DNA of 64,000 nucleotides from Escherichia coli (GTDB lineage: Bacteria; Pseudomonadota; Gammaproteobacteria; Enterobacterales; Enterobacteriaceae): assembly GCF_041248615.1 (NCBI RefSeq), contig NZ_CP158425.1; one strand, given 5' to 3'. Of this stretch, positions 1 to 8,954 are shown piece by piece. How positions within the stretch are numbered: position 1 is the first letter of the stretch; every line of letters begins with the position of its first letter. Both the position numbers and the translations under genes were made by a program. A model generated the notes under the pieces. The model was given only the letters and a program-made list of their open reading frames with translations, did not search any database and was not told the origin of the DNA.

Positions 1-876
1 ATGATTAAAAACAACGAGTTAATCCATCCTTTTGACGTAACCAGTAATGAATCAGGTAAGACTTATCAACTGACGCCTAACTCGTCCAAGTCGGTTCAGC
101 CCGTGGCCCTGTTGAGATTGAGTGTATTTACCCCTGTCGGCACAAAAGAAAACCGCGACCGAAACTTTGAAGTTGATGCCTCTGATGAGCTTTCGTGTAT
201 GGAAATTGCAAGATCGGAGGGTTATGACGACATCAAGATAACTGGTGTCAAACTATCTATGTCTACCGACTTTAAGTGCTGGCTCGGGATCATCATGGCT
301 TTCAGTAAATATGGTTTTACTTCCGAGAAGATTACCCTGACTTTTAACGAGTTTGCGAAGATGTGTGGTATCAGTTCAACAAACATCAACAAACGAACTC
401 GTGCGCGCTTTAAAGAGTCATTAATGAACCTTGCATCGGTAGTGCTTGCCTTCTCAGACTCTCGGAGTGGTCGGTTCACAGTAACGCATCTGGTGCAGAA
501 GGCTATGATTGATCCAAAAAGCGATACTGTTGAGTTGGTTGGGGATCCTTCTATGTGGGAACTGTATCGTTACGACCATAAGACATTGTTAAGCCTTCAG
601 GTTCTATACATTTTGGCTAAAAAAGAAGCTGCGCAATCTCTCTATATTTATTTTGAAGCAATGCCAGCTGGTACGTTGTTCGTTAATATGAAACGGTTGA
701 GGGAAAGGTTGCTTCTTACAACCCCTATTCGTACGCAAAACCAGATAATTCGTAAAGCAATGCGGGAACTTGAATCTATCGGATATCTCGATTATCAAGA
801 AGTTAAGAAAGGTCGCGACATACAATTTCAGATCTTCAAAAGAAGCCCTAAGCTGGCCCTCGCCAAACAAGGTTGA
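1..876 (+). CDS. repA: Iteron-type plasmid replication initiator RepA (RepFIB/RepHI1-like); ORF begins at window base 1, so the true N-terminus may lie upstream
   Basis: 291-aa ORF with motif pattern recalled from RepFIB-family initiators (AEGYDDIKITG, KKEAAQ, IGYLD); iteron-like repeats follow the stop. Confidence 0.75.
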   Translation: MIKNNELIHPFDVTSNESGKTYQLTPNSSKSVQPVALLRLSVFTPVGTKENRDRNFEVDASDELSCMEIARSEGYDDIKITGVKLSMSTDFKCWLGIIMAFSKYGFTSEKITLTFNEFAKMCGISSTNINKRTRARFKESLMNLASVVLAFSDSRSGRFTVTHLVQKAMIDPKSDTVELVGDPSMWELYRYDHKTLLSLQVLYILAKKEAAQSLYIYFEAMPAGTLFVNMKRLRERLLLTTPIRTQNQIIRKAMRELESIGYLDYQEVKKGRDIQFQIFKRSPKLALAKQG

Positions 877-1104
877 AAGCTACCAGGTATGCACTGGTTA
901 TAACATGCTGAAAAATAAGTTATTTATCAGTGCTATGCTTAGTGCTTCTTTTACTACTGGTCTTACATCTCGGCTTAATGTGCAAAAAAGTAACTTTTCA
1001 AACGAACTCCTGACTATTCATCTGTATGCCTTTCTGGCTCAAGCGTACATGCTAGCCCATTCATTAAATGCCGTGGAGCAAGATGGTTTCGTGCGCACTC
1101 TATT

Positions 1105-1610
1105 CACGTGAATGCCTTTTGTGGATTACGCCTCTTACATTCATACAAATGCTTTTGATGTCGGTATCCCAAAAAATCATTCATTGAAATGCTTTTGTTT
1201 GCCACTGTATCCCGAGCATAGCTATGCAGTGGTATAAAAAGGCATTTTGGTGAATGGCATTAGGTCGAATGACACACAGTACAGCTTTGTTAAGAGCGAG
1301 AATGGTCCAAGACATCTATGACATTGGGCATCAGAAGGACTATGTGTTTGATATGAGATCAAAAAAATATCAGAAGCATCACAACTCCAATGGCATTCAA
1401 AGAAATGCCTTTGTTTTGTTAGTACACCAAACAACCCAAAATTCATGCAGTTATATCAAAGACTCATTCGCAAAAGGACTCAGCCAGAAAGCATTTGCTT
1501 AAATAGCATTGGCCAAAAGCATTCGAATGAATGATGTTCATATGGACAAGACAAAGTCCCACTCACGCCCAGAGGTGTAAAAGGCATTTAGATGAATGAC
1601 GCACCGGCCG
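1105..1610. repeat. Iteron-like repeat cluster downstream of repA (candidate origin/incompatibility repeats)
   Basis: At least 8 copies of a core AAATGC(C/T)TTT or AATGGCATT in both orientations, e.g. tgaatgccttttgtgg, acaaatgcttttgatg, tgaaatgcttttgtttg, aaaaggcattttggtgaatggcatt, caatggcattcaaagaaatgcctttg, aaaaggcatttagatgaatg. Confidence 0.5.
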
Positions 1611-1997
1611 AGGATTGTATGTAGTTTCTCCAACTGATAGTTGCCGAACCAGGGAGCACAGTGATATGCGGCCTTCTCAGAATCAAGAGATAGATATTAA
1701 GGGAACAAAAAAGATTAGATATGAAGCTTAGTTACCTGCCCGATATCTAGTTAGAGCTTTTCAAACCATCAAAAGTGACTTTTATGCTTGAGGAGTCTCA
1801 TCAGCTTCAGGATTGAGCTTAACGTAATCTTACCCCCTCCCCTCTTTCAAACTTTTACTAAGCGTTCACTGGTACTTTTCAAAGATTATGCTTTAGGCCC
1901 CTTTGCTTAAAAATTCACCAATCGCTAAACGTTAAAAAAAGGGGGTTTATGCGAACGGAAGGATCGGAATAAAAAAGTATTATTCATTCGCGTTTAC

Positions 1998-2378
1998 GTG
2001 AACTCAAATCTACACGGAGTAATTATGGAACTTTCTTTAAATATTGGCCTTAGTGAAAAGAAATCTAACACGGCTGCACTTTTTAAAACAAAAAGCGCAA
2101 AAGTGATTTTGTTTGTTCTGCTGACCGTGCTTTTTTGCGGTCTGGCATATGCGGGTTCAGATGATGGGGCACTGGGAGATATTTGGTCATACATGAGTGA
2201 AAGTATGACTGGAGCTCCGGGCAAAATTCTGGCAGCCGCGATGTTGATCTCAAGCGTATATTTCTCTGTCCTTAAGCCTAACCCGGGCCTGGCACTGGTT
2301 TCATTATTCATGATGCTGGTAATGGCCAACGGCGAGAAAATTATCAGCACCTTTATGGATGCTGGCGTACCGCTGTAA
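1998..2378 (+). CDS. trhA: F-type conjugative pilin precursor (TraA/TrhA-like); alternative start at 2025
   Basis: 126-aa ORF, first gene of the transfer operon; long leader then hydrophobic mature domain typical of propilin; followed by TraL/E/K/B/V/C-like genes. Confidence 0.55.
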   Translation: MNSNLHGVIMELSLNIGLSEKKSNTAALFKTKSAKVILFVLLTVLFCGLAYAGSDDGALGDIWSYMSESMTGAPGKILAAAMLISSVYFSVLKPNPGLALVSLFMMLVMANGEKIISTFMDAGVPL

Positions 2379-2395
2379 TTTATTGTTAATCATGC

Positions 2396-2746
2396 ATGAG
2401 GGGGTTCATCCCCCTCTCTGGATTTTTAATGAGTAAGCAGAACGACGTTCCTCAGCATACCTATAGATTCCCTTTCAGGATCAACATGCCTCTACTGATT
2501 TTGTTTTGGGATGCAAAAAAAATAGGGCTTGCATTCATTCTGGTTGCATTTGGGAATATCTTCGAATGCTTCGGGTTTTCTGTTGTAGTAGCGGTTGTAT
2601 ATTGGATTGCGTATAACAAAGCAGCTGAGTCAGGAATAAGAGGATTGCTAAAACACAGACTCTGGTGGCTCGGTTTTTTGCCAGGTAAAGCAGTTTTTAG
2701 TAGCCGTTATTTCAACGATCCATTTATCAGAGATTTGTATTCTTGA
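2396..2746 (+). CDS. trhL: TraL-like pilus assembly membrane protein (probable start at 2429, MSKQ...)
   Basis: YRFP motif followed by a TM segment as in F TraL; position immediately after the pilin gene. Confidence 0.55.
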   Translation: MRGFIPLSGFLMSKQNDVPQHTYRFPFRINMPLLILFWDAKKIGLAFILVAFGNIFECFGFSVVVAVVYWIAYNKAAESGIRGLLKHRLWWLGFLPGKAVFSSRYFNDPFIRDLYS

Positions 2747-2757
2747 TGGAGCTATGA

Positions 2758-3546
2758 ATGAAAATGCTAAGTGGCATTAACATCCCTTTTTTCAAAAAAT
2801 CTAAAAAGGATGAAAACGGTGATCTTGAACAGTCATACGTAAAGAAAGATGAAAGTGCTAAGGGACGTTTTTTGGACATTAAAAAACGATTTAGCCCACA
2901 AGCTGAAGCGTCAGGTGCTGGAATTACATACAGCGCCCTGATTAATCGTGATACAAAACTTATCCGCATTAATACTGTTTCAATAGCCGTCATTGGGTTA
3001 TTGGTTGCAAAGATTCTTTTTTTCACTGACCCAGTGACGATTGTTACCCCTCCAAACATGAATGAAGAGATCACGGTTGTTGGTAACAAAGCATCGGAAT
3101 CTTATAAAACACAATGGGCTCTCTTTTTTAGTACCCTTTTAGGGAATATTAATCCAACTAATATTTCCTTTGTGACGGCCTATGTCCTCGATGCCCTTTC
3201 ACCTGAACTACAGGCTAAAACGAGTGAGTCTTTACAGGAGCAGATAAATATCATGCAGGCTCGTGGTGTTGAGCAGACCTTTAAGCCTAATGATATTTAC
3301 TTTGATCCAAAAAATGACATGGTCTATGTCTGGGGTACCAAAACGACTCGACTTGTAAATGTTCCGGACAAAACTGAATCATCGAAATGGACTTATGAAT
3401 GGGTTCTCGGGATGAAAAATGGTCGCCCAAGAATTGCATATGTAAATCAATATTCCGGAACACCGAATATTAAAAAAATTACGATAAACGGCAAAGAGCA
3501 ACTGGCAACGCTGGATAATCCGCCACCGTCTACAGGTAACAAGTGA
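2758..3546 (+). CDS. trhE: TraE-like pilus assembly protein
   Basis: 262-aa ORF with N-terminal TM anchor and periplasmic domain; conserved F-type order pilin-L-E-K-B. Confidence 0.55.
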   Translation: MKMLSGINIPFFKKSKKDENGDLEQSYVKKDESAKGRFLDIKKRFSPQAEASGAGITYSALINRDTKLIRINTVSIAVIGLLVAKILFFTDPVTIVTPPNMNEEITVVGNKASESYKTQWALFFSTLLGNINPTNISFVTAYVLDALSPELQAKTSESLQEQINIMQARGVEQTFKPNDIYFDPKNDMVYVWGTKTTRLVNVPDKTESSKWTYEWVLGMKNGRPRIAYVNQYSGTPNIKKITINGKEQLATLDNPPPSTGNK

Positions 3547-4817
3547 TGATTAAAAAAAAGGGCTTAGGGTTCAACGCAATTACCGCATTGATCATGCTCA
3601 CGACTTCGAACTGCGTAATCGCTGAAGAATACCAATTGCCAGCAACAATTAATAACCCGGTTGTAATGCCAGTTGGTGCTGACGGATTTCAGAATGGAGC
3701 TGCAAAAGCCATTATTCCGGGTCAAGCTGGTTCTGAACAGTCAGGTGCACAAACAAACCTTAGTGAAGCCGGTAATGCGCAGGGACAAAAACCTACAACT
3801 GATCTCCCTACCGTGCAACTTTCCCCAGCCAGCAATGCTTCGCCTGCGGTAAGCGCTATTACTGGAGCATTATCAAATAATCCTAGTCTCCCCGGATTTG
3901 ACGCACAGACCCGCTCTGGTGCAATTGATAGCTATGGGAGACCAACAGGTACCTCTTCCCAGCAGAATGCAACCAATGCGACCGCCACGTCAAAAGCCGA
4001 TGAACTTTATGTCGAAGCTCGTAACCGATATAAAGAAGTTCAGCGTGTAAATGTGCCGCCTGGTGGGAATGTGGTACTGCCAGTTTCACGAGGACTTCAA
4101 AACAGAATATCGACCAGCTTCAAGAATGCTTCTGTCAGCACTTCTACCCCTGCTGAAGAGGCAAGCATATTTGTTAATGGTGGCGATGTCTTTATTTCAA
4201 CTAATACCGATAAACCAATCGGGATTATGTTGTCGGAAGATCAGGTACCTGAATCGACCTATAACCTGACCCTGGTACCGCTTGATGTTCCCGGTGCGAT
4301 GATTTCAGTTACTACATCTTTAAGCCCATCTATGCAAGCCAAACGTGAAACCTCATTGGATAAGCAAAACTATGAGGAAATGTTGGCCCGCTCCCAGTCA
4401 GAAGAACTGGCTCCATCGGATCCAAAACAAGACGATCATAAACAAAGAATCATTGATTTATTGACTCCTGTGGCTCTTGGTGAGGTCCCTTCAGGATTCA
4501 GTTTACAACAGGACCGACTTTCTCGTATTCCTGCGTCAGAGCAGTCCCCATGTAACTTTAATATGTATGCAAAGCTCGGTCAGAGACTGGTTGGCTCACG
4601 TGAACTTATTGATGTAATTCTTGTGAAAAACGATAAACCATACGGTCAAATCGTTGCTGATCAGCAGTGTATGGCAGAAGGCGTTATTGCAAGTGCTTTA
4701 TTTGATAAAGCATACCTGCAACCGGGAGAAGAAACAGAGCTTTACATAGTCCGGGATAAATTGTTCAAGGAACGCGAGGCCCGGGTTACAACCAGACCAA
4801 GTCTAATCAGAAAATAA
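3543..4817 (+). CDS. trhK: TraK-like (VirB9/secretin-like) protein
   Basis: 424-aa ORF with signal peptide and Ser/Thr/Gln/Ala-rich linker; start overlaps the TraE-like stop (coupling); position in operon. Confidence 0.55.
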   Translation: MMIKKKGLGFNAITALIMLTTSNCVIAEEYQLPATINNPVVMPVGADGFQNGAAKAIIPGQAGSEQSGAQTNLSEAGNAQGQKPTTDLPTVQLSPASNASPAVSAITGALSNNPSLPGFDAQTRSGAIDSYGRPTGTSSQQNATNATATSKADELYVEARNRYKEVQRVNVPPGGNVVLPVSRGLQNRISTSFKNASVSTSTPAEEASIFVNGGDVFISTNTDKPIGIMLSEDQVPESTYNLTLVPLDVPGAMISVTTSLSPSMQAKRETSLDKQNYEEMLARSQSEELAPSDPKQDDHKQRIIDLLTPVALGEVPSGFSLQQDRLSRIPASEQSPCNFNMYAKLGQRLVGSRELIDVILVKNDKPYGQIVADQQCMAEGVIASALFDKAYLQPGEETELYIVRDKLFKEREARVTTRPSLIRK

Positions 4818-4818
4818 T

Positions 4819-5280
4819 ATGGGAAAAGTTACTTTGCCTGCTCTGCTTGGGGCCACCGTGATTGGTTTTGTCGTATTTGCTTTAACCAGCTTTTACTACA
4901 GGTCAGAATATATACCAAAAAGGAGTGTATTAATCGTTCCGGACGCACCCATTAGTATCGAAGATGGCAGTAACGCTTTTCCCGTTCAGACAGTAATAAT
5001 GAACGATCCAACTCTTATTGATAAATTTGTAGGAGAGGACAATATTAATGAGGAGAATGCTTTTGACTATCACAAAAGTAACGTTTTGGAACCTAATTAC
5101 AAACATGAAATATCTAGAACGAGCCAGATAGATAAAGCTGAAATGAATCATCCATCTGTTCGTGAAAACTGGGCCAGAGCAGGTGATCCCTATATCGTTC
5201 CTCAGATGTCTGACAGCGAACGAAATCTAAAAATTAAACGATTCCAGAAACCTACAAGTGGAGCTAATCATGGACATTAA
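4819..5280 (+). CDS. Hypothetical membrane-anchored protein
   Basis: 153-aa ORF with one N-terminal TM helix, tightly packed between the TraK-like and TraB-like genes. Confidence 0.4.
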   Translation: MGKVTLPALLGATVIGFVVFALTSFYYRSEYIPKRSVLIVPDAPISIEDGSNAFPVQTVIMNDPTLIDKFVGEDNINEENAFDYHKSNVLEPNYKHEISRTSQIDKAEMNHPSVRENWARAGDPYIVPQMSDSERNLKIKRFQKPTSGANHGH

Positions 5281-6625
5281 AAAGGCCTGGGAAAATAAGA
5301 CCGTCAGACTTTCTGTTATTGGCGCTCTGCTGGTAGTGATTGTTTATATTATTAGCCAGTCTATTTTTTCCACACCAGTTAAGAAAGAAAAGAAAACACA
5401 GAAAAAAGACATGCAGACCAATTTGTTGTTAGATGATTCGCAAATGAACAAATTGAGTAATGAAGAAAGCCAGAAAGTATATAAGGAAATGGTTAAGCAA
5501 AACCGACTTGATCAAAATGCGGCGAAAGAGGACCGCGAAAAAGCAGAAAAAGCCCAACAGGAAACTAAAGCCCAAGTTGCAAGTTTAACTTCTCAACTTC
5601 AGCAACTGTCTCAGCAAATTAATGATATGCAGACTAATCGAAACGGCAATCGTAACTTGGATGCTGGTAGTTCGCGTAAAACGATTAATGAGCAGGCACC
5701 GGCAGCTCCTTATCAGCTTAATGCTAATGCGCCGATTAATGGCGTAAACCCTAATTACGCGTCTATCACACCTACGCGTAATAGCCCGATGAGAACAATC
5801 ACACAAAGTTCCATTAAGACTAATGGTACCGATGGTGTCATTCAGGTTATGCCCGTGTCTGAAAACAGAATCAAGGAAGGCAGAGAGGTCATTGCAGGAG
5901 ATAAAGCGCCTACTCGGACTGTACGAGGTGATGGTACTGCGCCAGTTGATAGCAAAGCGCGGCATGCTGCCCGAAAAGATGAAATGTTTCTTCCGGCAAC
6001 ATCTATTATCACTGGTGTTCTGATTACCGGGCTTGAAGCGCCTACAAGCCTTTCTTCCAAATCAGAACCAATGCCAGTAACAATGCGTATTAAAAAAGAT
6101 GTCATCATGCCCAATAATTTCACCATGGATTTGCGTGACTGTAACCTTCTGGGTTCAGCTGTTGGTGATTTGGCGTCACAGCGTGCTTACATACGTGCCA
6201 CTTCTATCTCTTGTGTTAATTCAAAAGGGAAAGCTTTTGACGTAAAACTGGAAGCATATGCTGTAAGTGAAAATGACGGAAAAAATGGGATCCGAGGCAC
6301 GCTTATCAGCCGAAATGGTAACGCAATTGCAGGAGCTGCATTTGCCGGTGGACTTTCTTCACTTGCCGGTAGCTTAAGCCCCAGTAAGGTATCTTCACTT
6401 AACATCGACCCTAATTCACAGGCTCAGTATCAGTCCCCTAATTTTGGTGCACTTGGGGCATTAGCCGGGGCTGGTGCAGCTCAAGGTGGCCTTAATCGAC
6501 TCGTCGATTACTACACCGCAATTGCAGAACAACAGTGGCCAATCGTAGAAATTAGCCCTGGCCGAGCTATTACATTTGTCGTTCAGACCGGAACTACAAT
6601 TCCAACGAATCTGACCAGTCGCTGA
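5258..6625 (+). CDS. trhB: TraB-like (VirB10-like) protein
   Basis: 455-aa ORF: N-terminal TM, Lys/Glu/Gln-rich coiled-coil region, Gly/Ala-rich C-terminus; position in operon. Confidence 0.65.
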   Translation: MELIMDIKKAWENKTVRLSVIGALLVVIVYIISQSIFSTPVKKEKKTQKKDMQTNLLLDDSQMNKLSNEESQKVYKEMVKQNRLDQNAAKEDREKAEKAQQETKAQVASLTSQLQQLSQQINDMQTNRNGNRNLDAGSSRKTINEQAPAAPYQLNANAPINGVNPNYASITPTRNSPMRTITQSSIKTNGTDGVIQVMPVSENRIKEGREVIAGDKAPTRTVRGDGTAPVDSKARHAARKDEMFLPATSIITGVLITGLEAPTSLSSKSEPMPVTMRIKKDVIMPNNFTMDLRDCNLLGSAVGDLASQRAYIRATSISCVNSKGKAFDVKLEAYAVSENDGKNGIRGTLISRNGNAIAGAAFAGGLSSLAGSLSPSKVSSLNIDPNSQAQYQSPNFGALGALAGAGAAQGGLNRLVDYYTAIAEQQWPIVEISPGRAITFVVQTGTTIPTNLTSR

Positions 6626-6632
6626 GGTTTAA

Positions 6633-7115
6633 ATGGATAGTTTAGAAAAAAAAGAATCGACTGAATCAGCTGGACCTGAAATCACTAAAAAAATGGTGCG
6701 AGAAAGGACAACAAAAAAAATTACCTTCGAAATTGATATTGAAAAAATATTGAAGTATTTATTTTTCTTCGCCTTTGCCGTTTTGGTCATTATTTATGGT
6801 TATAAAGGCTTTATGAATGTTTACGATTACTTCAATAAACAATCACAGCCTTCGTACAAGATTGCAGTGCTTGACATGCCTGAATTACGTAAGGAATTTT
6901 TCAAGCATCACGGAGGCCGTACTGCTGACAATGATAGAACTCAATTCGAAGAATATTTCAGAACATTAATGAAGATCTACCGTGACCGTGGCTATTTAAT
7001 TATTGATGCAACGCTTGCCGTTACTGTACCGGATAGTGTTGAAATCGTCACTTATATGGAACTTGAAGATAGCTCTGAAGCGGTACAATCAAGTTCTTAT
7101 AATGCAAAGAAGTAG
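6633..7115 (+). CDS. Hypothetical membrane protein
   Basis: 160-aa ORF with a central TM segment (YLFFFAFAVLVIIYGY). Confidence 0.4.
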   Translation: MDSLEKKESTESAGPEITKKMVRERTTKKITFEIDIEKILKYLFFFAFAVLVIIYGYKGFMNVYDYFNKQSQPSYKIAVLDMPELRKEFFKHHGGRTADNDRTQFEEYFRTLMKIYRDRGYLIIDATLAVTVPDSVEIVTYMELEDSSEAVQSSSYNAKK

Positions 7116-7986
7116 AGGGCACCCAATAGTGAAAAAGTTACTTTTCCCTTTAATGGCGGCTTTCGCCATTATGGCGAATACGGTCACTTATGCTTCAGAG
7201 CAGGTCCTAACTAATAGTGATGCTGCTGCGTTAATGGCAAAGGCAAAGGAAGGCGGCGTTTCACCCAGTCAGATCTCGGGTGCGTTATCAAAAATGAAAG
7301 GATATAAACCTAAGGATGCCATATACATTCCTTCTGGTGGGCTATACCTCTTTCAGGACGAGCGTTCGCAGCTAATGGCAGTAACGACCGATGGCCGATA
7401 CTCCCTTACTGGGGGAAGCCTTGTTGATGTAATTAAACGTAAACCTGTTCTGACTGTAGAAGAAATCAGAAATTCCTATTTTATTAGTCTTGATGAGGCC
7501 CCCTTCCCTCTGGAAACTGTAGCGTCCATTCATCTGGGAAATTCAAAGCTTAAGAGACAAGCAGCCATTTTCTTAACACTTGATTGTGACGGTTGCATGG
7601 AACTTGTTAAGAAATTTTATGCAGATCGGGACAAGTATCGGATAGATATTGTTTTAGTTCCCTCACCCGGTGAGCCAAAAGAAGAGCTTAGAAGGCTCTG
7701 GTGTAGTAAAGAAAAAGGAAAAATAAACAACCTCGATATTCTTCGTTGGCTAATGGGAAGCAAATCCGACATTGAAAAAAGATTGCTCTCTCAAAAAGAA
7801 GCAGAAGAATGTCCGGCGGAACCTTTGGTAGCGTCATTGATGCTCGCAGGAATTTATAAATTGCAGGGTGTACCTTCAGTTGTCAGACAGGATGGTTTGG
7901 CTGGTAATGGCATTCCAAAAGATTTCGACTACTGGTTGAACCAAAGCGTTGAACCTCTCTTAAAAAATCCATTTGAGACAAATTAA
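7102..7986 (+). CDS. Periplasmic thiol:disulfide interchange protein (DsbC/TrbB-like); ORF-track start 7003 overlaps the upstream gene, ATG 7102 or GTG 7129 more likely
   Basis: Signal peptide (KKLLFPLMAAFAIMANTVTYA) and a CxxC motif (CDGC) in a ~300-aa periplasmic protein inside a transfer operon. Confidence 0.5.
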   Translation: MQRSRGHPIVKKLLFPLMAAFAIMANTVTYASEQVLTNSDAAALMAKAKEGGVSPSQISGALSKMKGYKPKDAIYIPSGGLYLFQDERSQLMAVTTDGRYSLTGGSLVDVIKRKPVLTVEEIRNSYFISLDEAPFPLETVASIHLGNSKLKRQAAIFLTLDCDGCMELVKKFYADRDKYRIDIVLVPSPGEPKEELRRLWCSKEKGKINNLDILRWLMGSKSDIEKRLLSQKEAEECPAEPLVASLMLAGIYKLQGVPSVVRQDGLAGNGIPKDFDYWLNQSVEPLLKNPFETN

Positions 7987-7995
7987 GGCTAGTTT

Positions 7996-8946
7996 ATGAA
8001 CATCAAAAGATTGGTACTCAGTGCTCTGGTTGTAGGTACATCCTCATATCTTACGGGGTGCTCCATCGGGAGTTCCGAATCCGAATGTCCAGGCATTGAA
8101 AAGGGCGTTATCTGTAAAGGTCCTCGCGAAGTTATGGAGTTAACTAATAATCGAGATGATCTGTCTGCACTTGCGGGGGAAGAGTCGGAATCGGGAAAGG
8201 AGAAATCGGCTGTCAATGACAGCCGTTATCCAACTGAAATTAGCCCTCCAGGGGAAGTCAAATATCCACAGTCTACAACCCTTAAAAATCAGCCTGTGGC
8301 TTATTCAAAAACCGAAATTAAGCCAGTTGGTCAGTTACCTGTCATGTACGATAAAACTTTAAAAATGGGTGCCCCTACTTCATCCATTGGACCACGGCCT
8401 ATTTCTGGTGTACCGGTTAATTCAAACGTAAGGATGACTAGCAGTTATAGCACTGCCTCTTCAGCTGGTAACCCTTTCGTTCATCCGGCTGCGGAAGTCG
8501 TTAAACAAACAAGCTATCCGGTTTCTGCTGGAAATGCACCACGCTACGTTGCACCTAATTCTGATATCAGCCCTGGCAAGGATATGTACTCTCTTTACAA
8601 TGGCCAGCCCGTTAACCCTACTCTCAACACTGGGCAGATCCAGCAATACCGTTCGCAAGGTTATAAACAAGCTGTAGTGGCTCCTGAACCACTTGCTGTT
8701 CTGCAACAGGGGAAAGTAATGAGAATTACTTTTGCACCTTATACCGATGATAACGATGCGCTTAATCTTCCCGGCTACGTTTATGTCAACGTAAAACCGC
8801 AAACATGGATTGCTGGCAAGAATTCGACCTCAAACCCAGCTCGCATAGTTCCTTTAGAAGTACAGGATGCGGCCCGGGAAAATATGCAGCAGCAACAAAA
8901 AGCAACTAAAGCTGTCTCTTCGAACGGCATTGTTAGACAACTGTAA
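7996..8946 (+). CDS. trhV: TraV-like outer-membrane lipoprotein
   Basis: Lipobox (LTGCS) after the signal peptide; Pro/Ser-rich; lies between the TraB-like and TraC-like genes. Confidence 0.55.
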   Translation: MNIKRLVLSALVVGTSSYLTGCSIGSSESECPGIEKGVICKGPREVMELTNNRDDLSALAGEESESGKEKSAVNDSRYPTEISPPGEVKYPQSTTLKNQPVAYSKTEIKPVGQLPVMYDKTLKMGAPTSSIGPRPISGVPVNSNVRMTSSYSTASSAGNPFVHPAAEVVKQTSYPVSAGNAPRYVAPNSDISPGKDMYSLYNGQPVNPTLNTGQIQQYRSQGYKQAVVAPEPLAVLQQGKVMRITFAPYTDDNDALNLPGYVYVNVKPQTWIAGKNSTSNPARIVPLEVQDAARENMQQQQKATKAVSSNGIVRQL

Positions 8947-8954
8947 GGTCAAAT

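Noticed and set aside
222-1111. ORFs 222-479(-), 604-870(-) and 770-1111(+) overlapping repA and the iteron region
   Set aside because: Antisense or frame-shifted overlaps of the well-supported repA ORF, or reading through iteron repeats.
7003-7101. N-terminal 33 codons of the tracked ORF 7003-7986
   Set aside because: They overlap the upstream gene in another frame, and the signal peptide begins only after ATG 7102 / GTG 7129.
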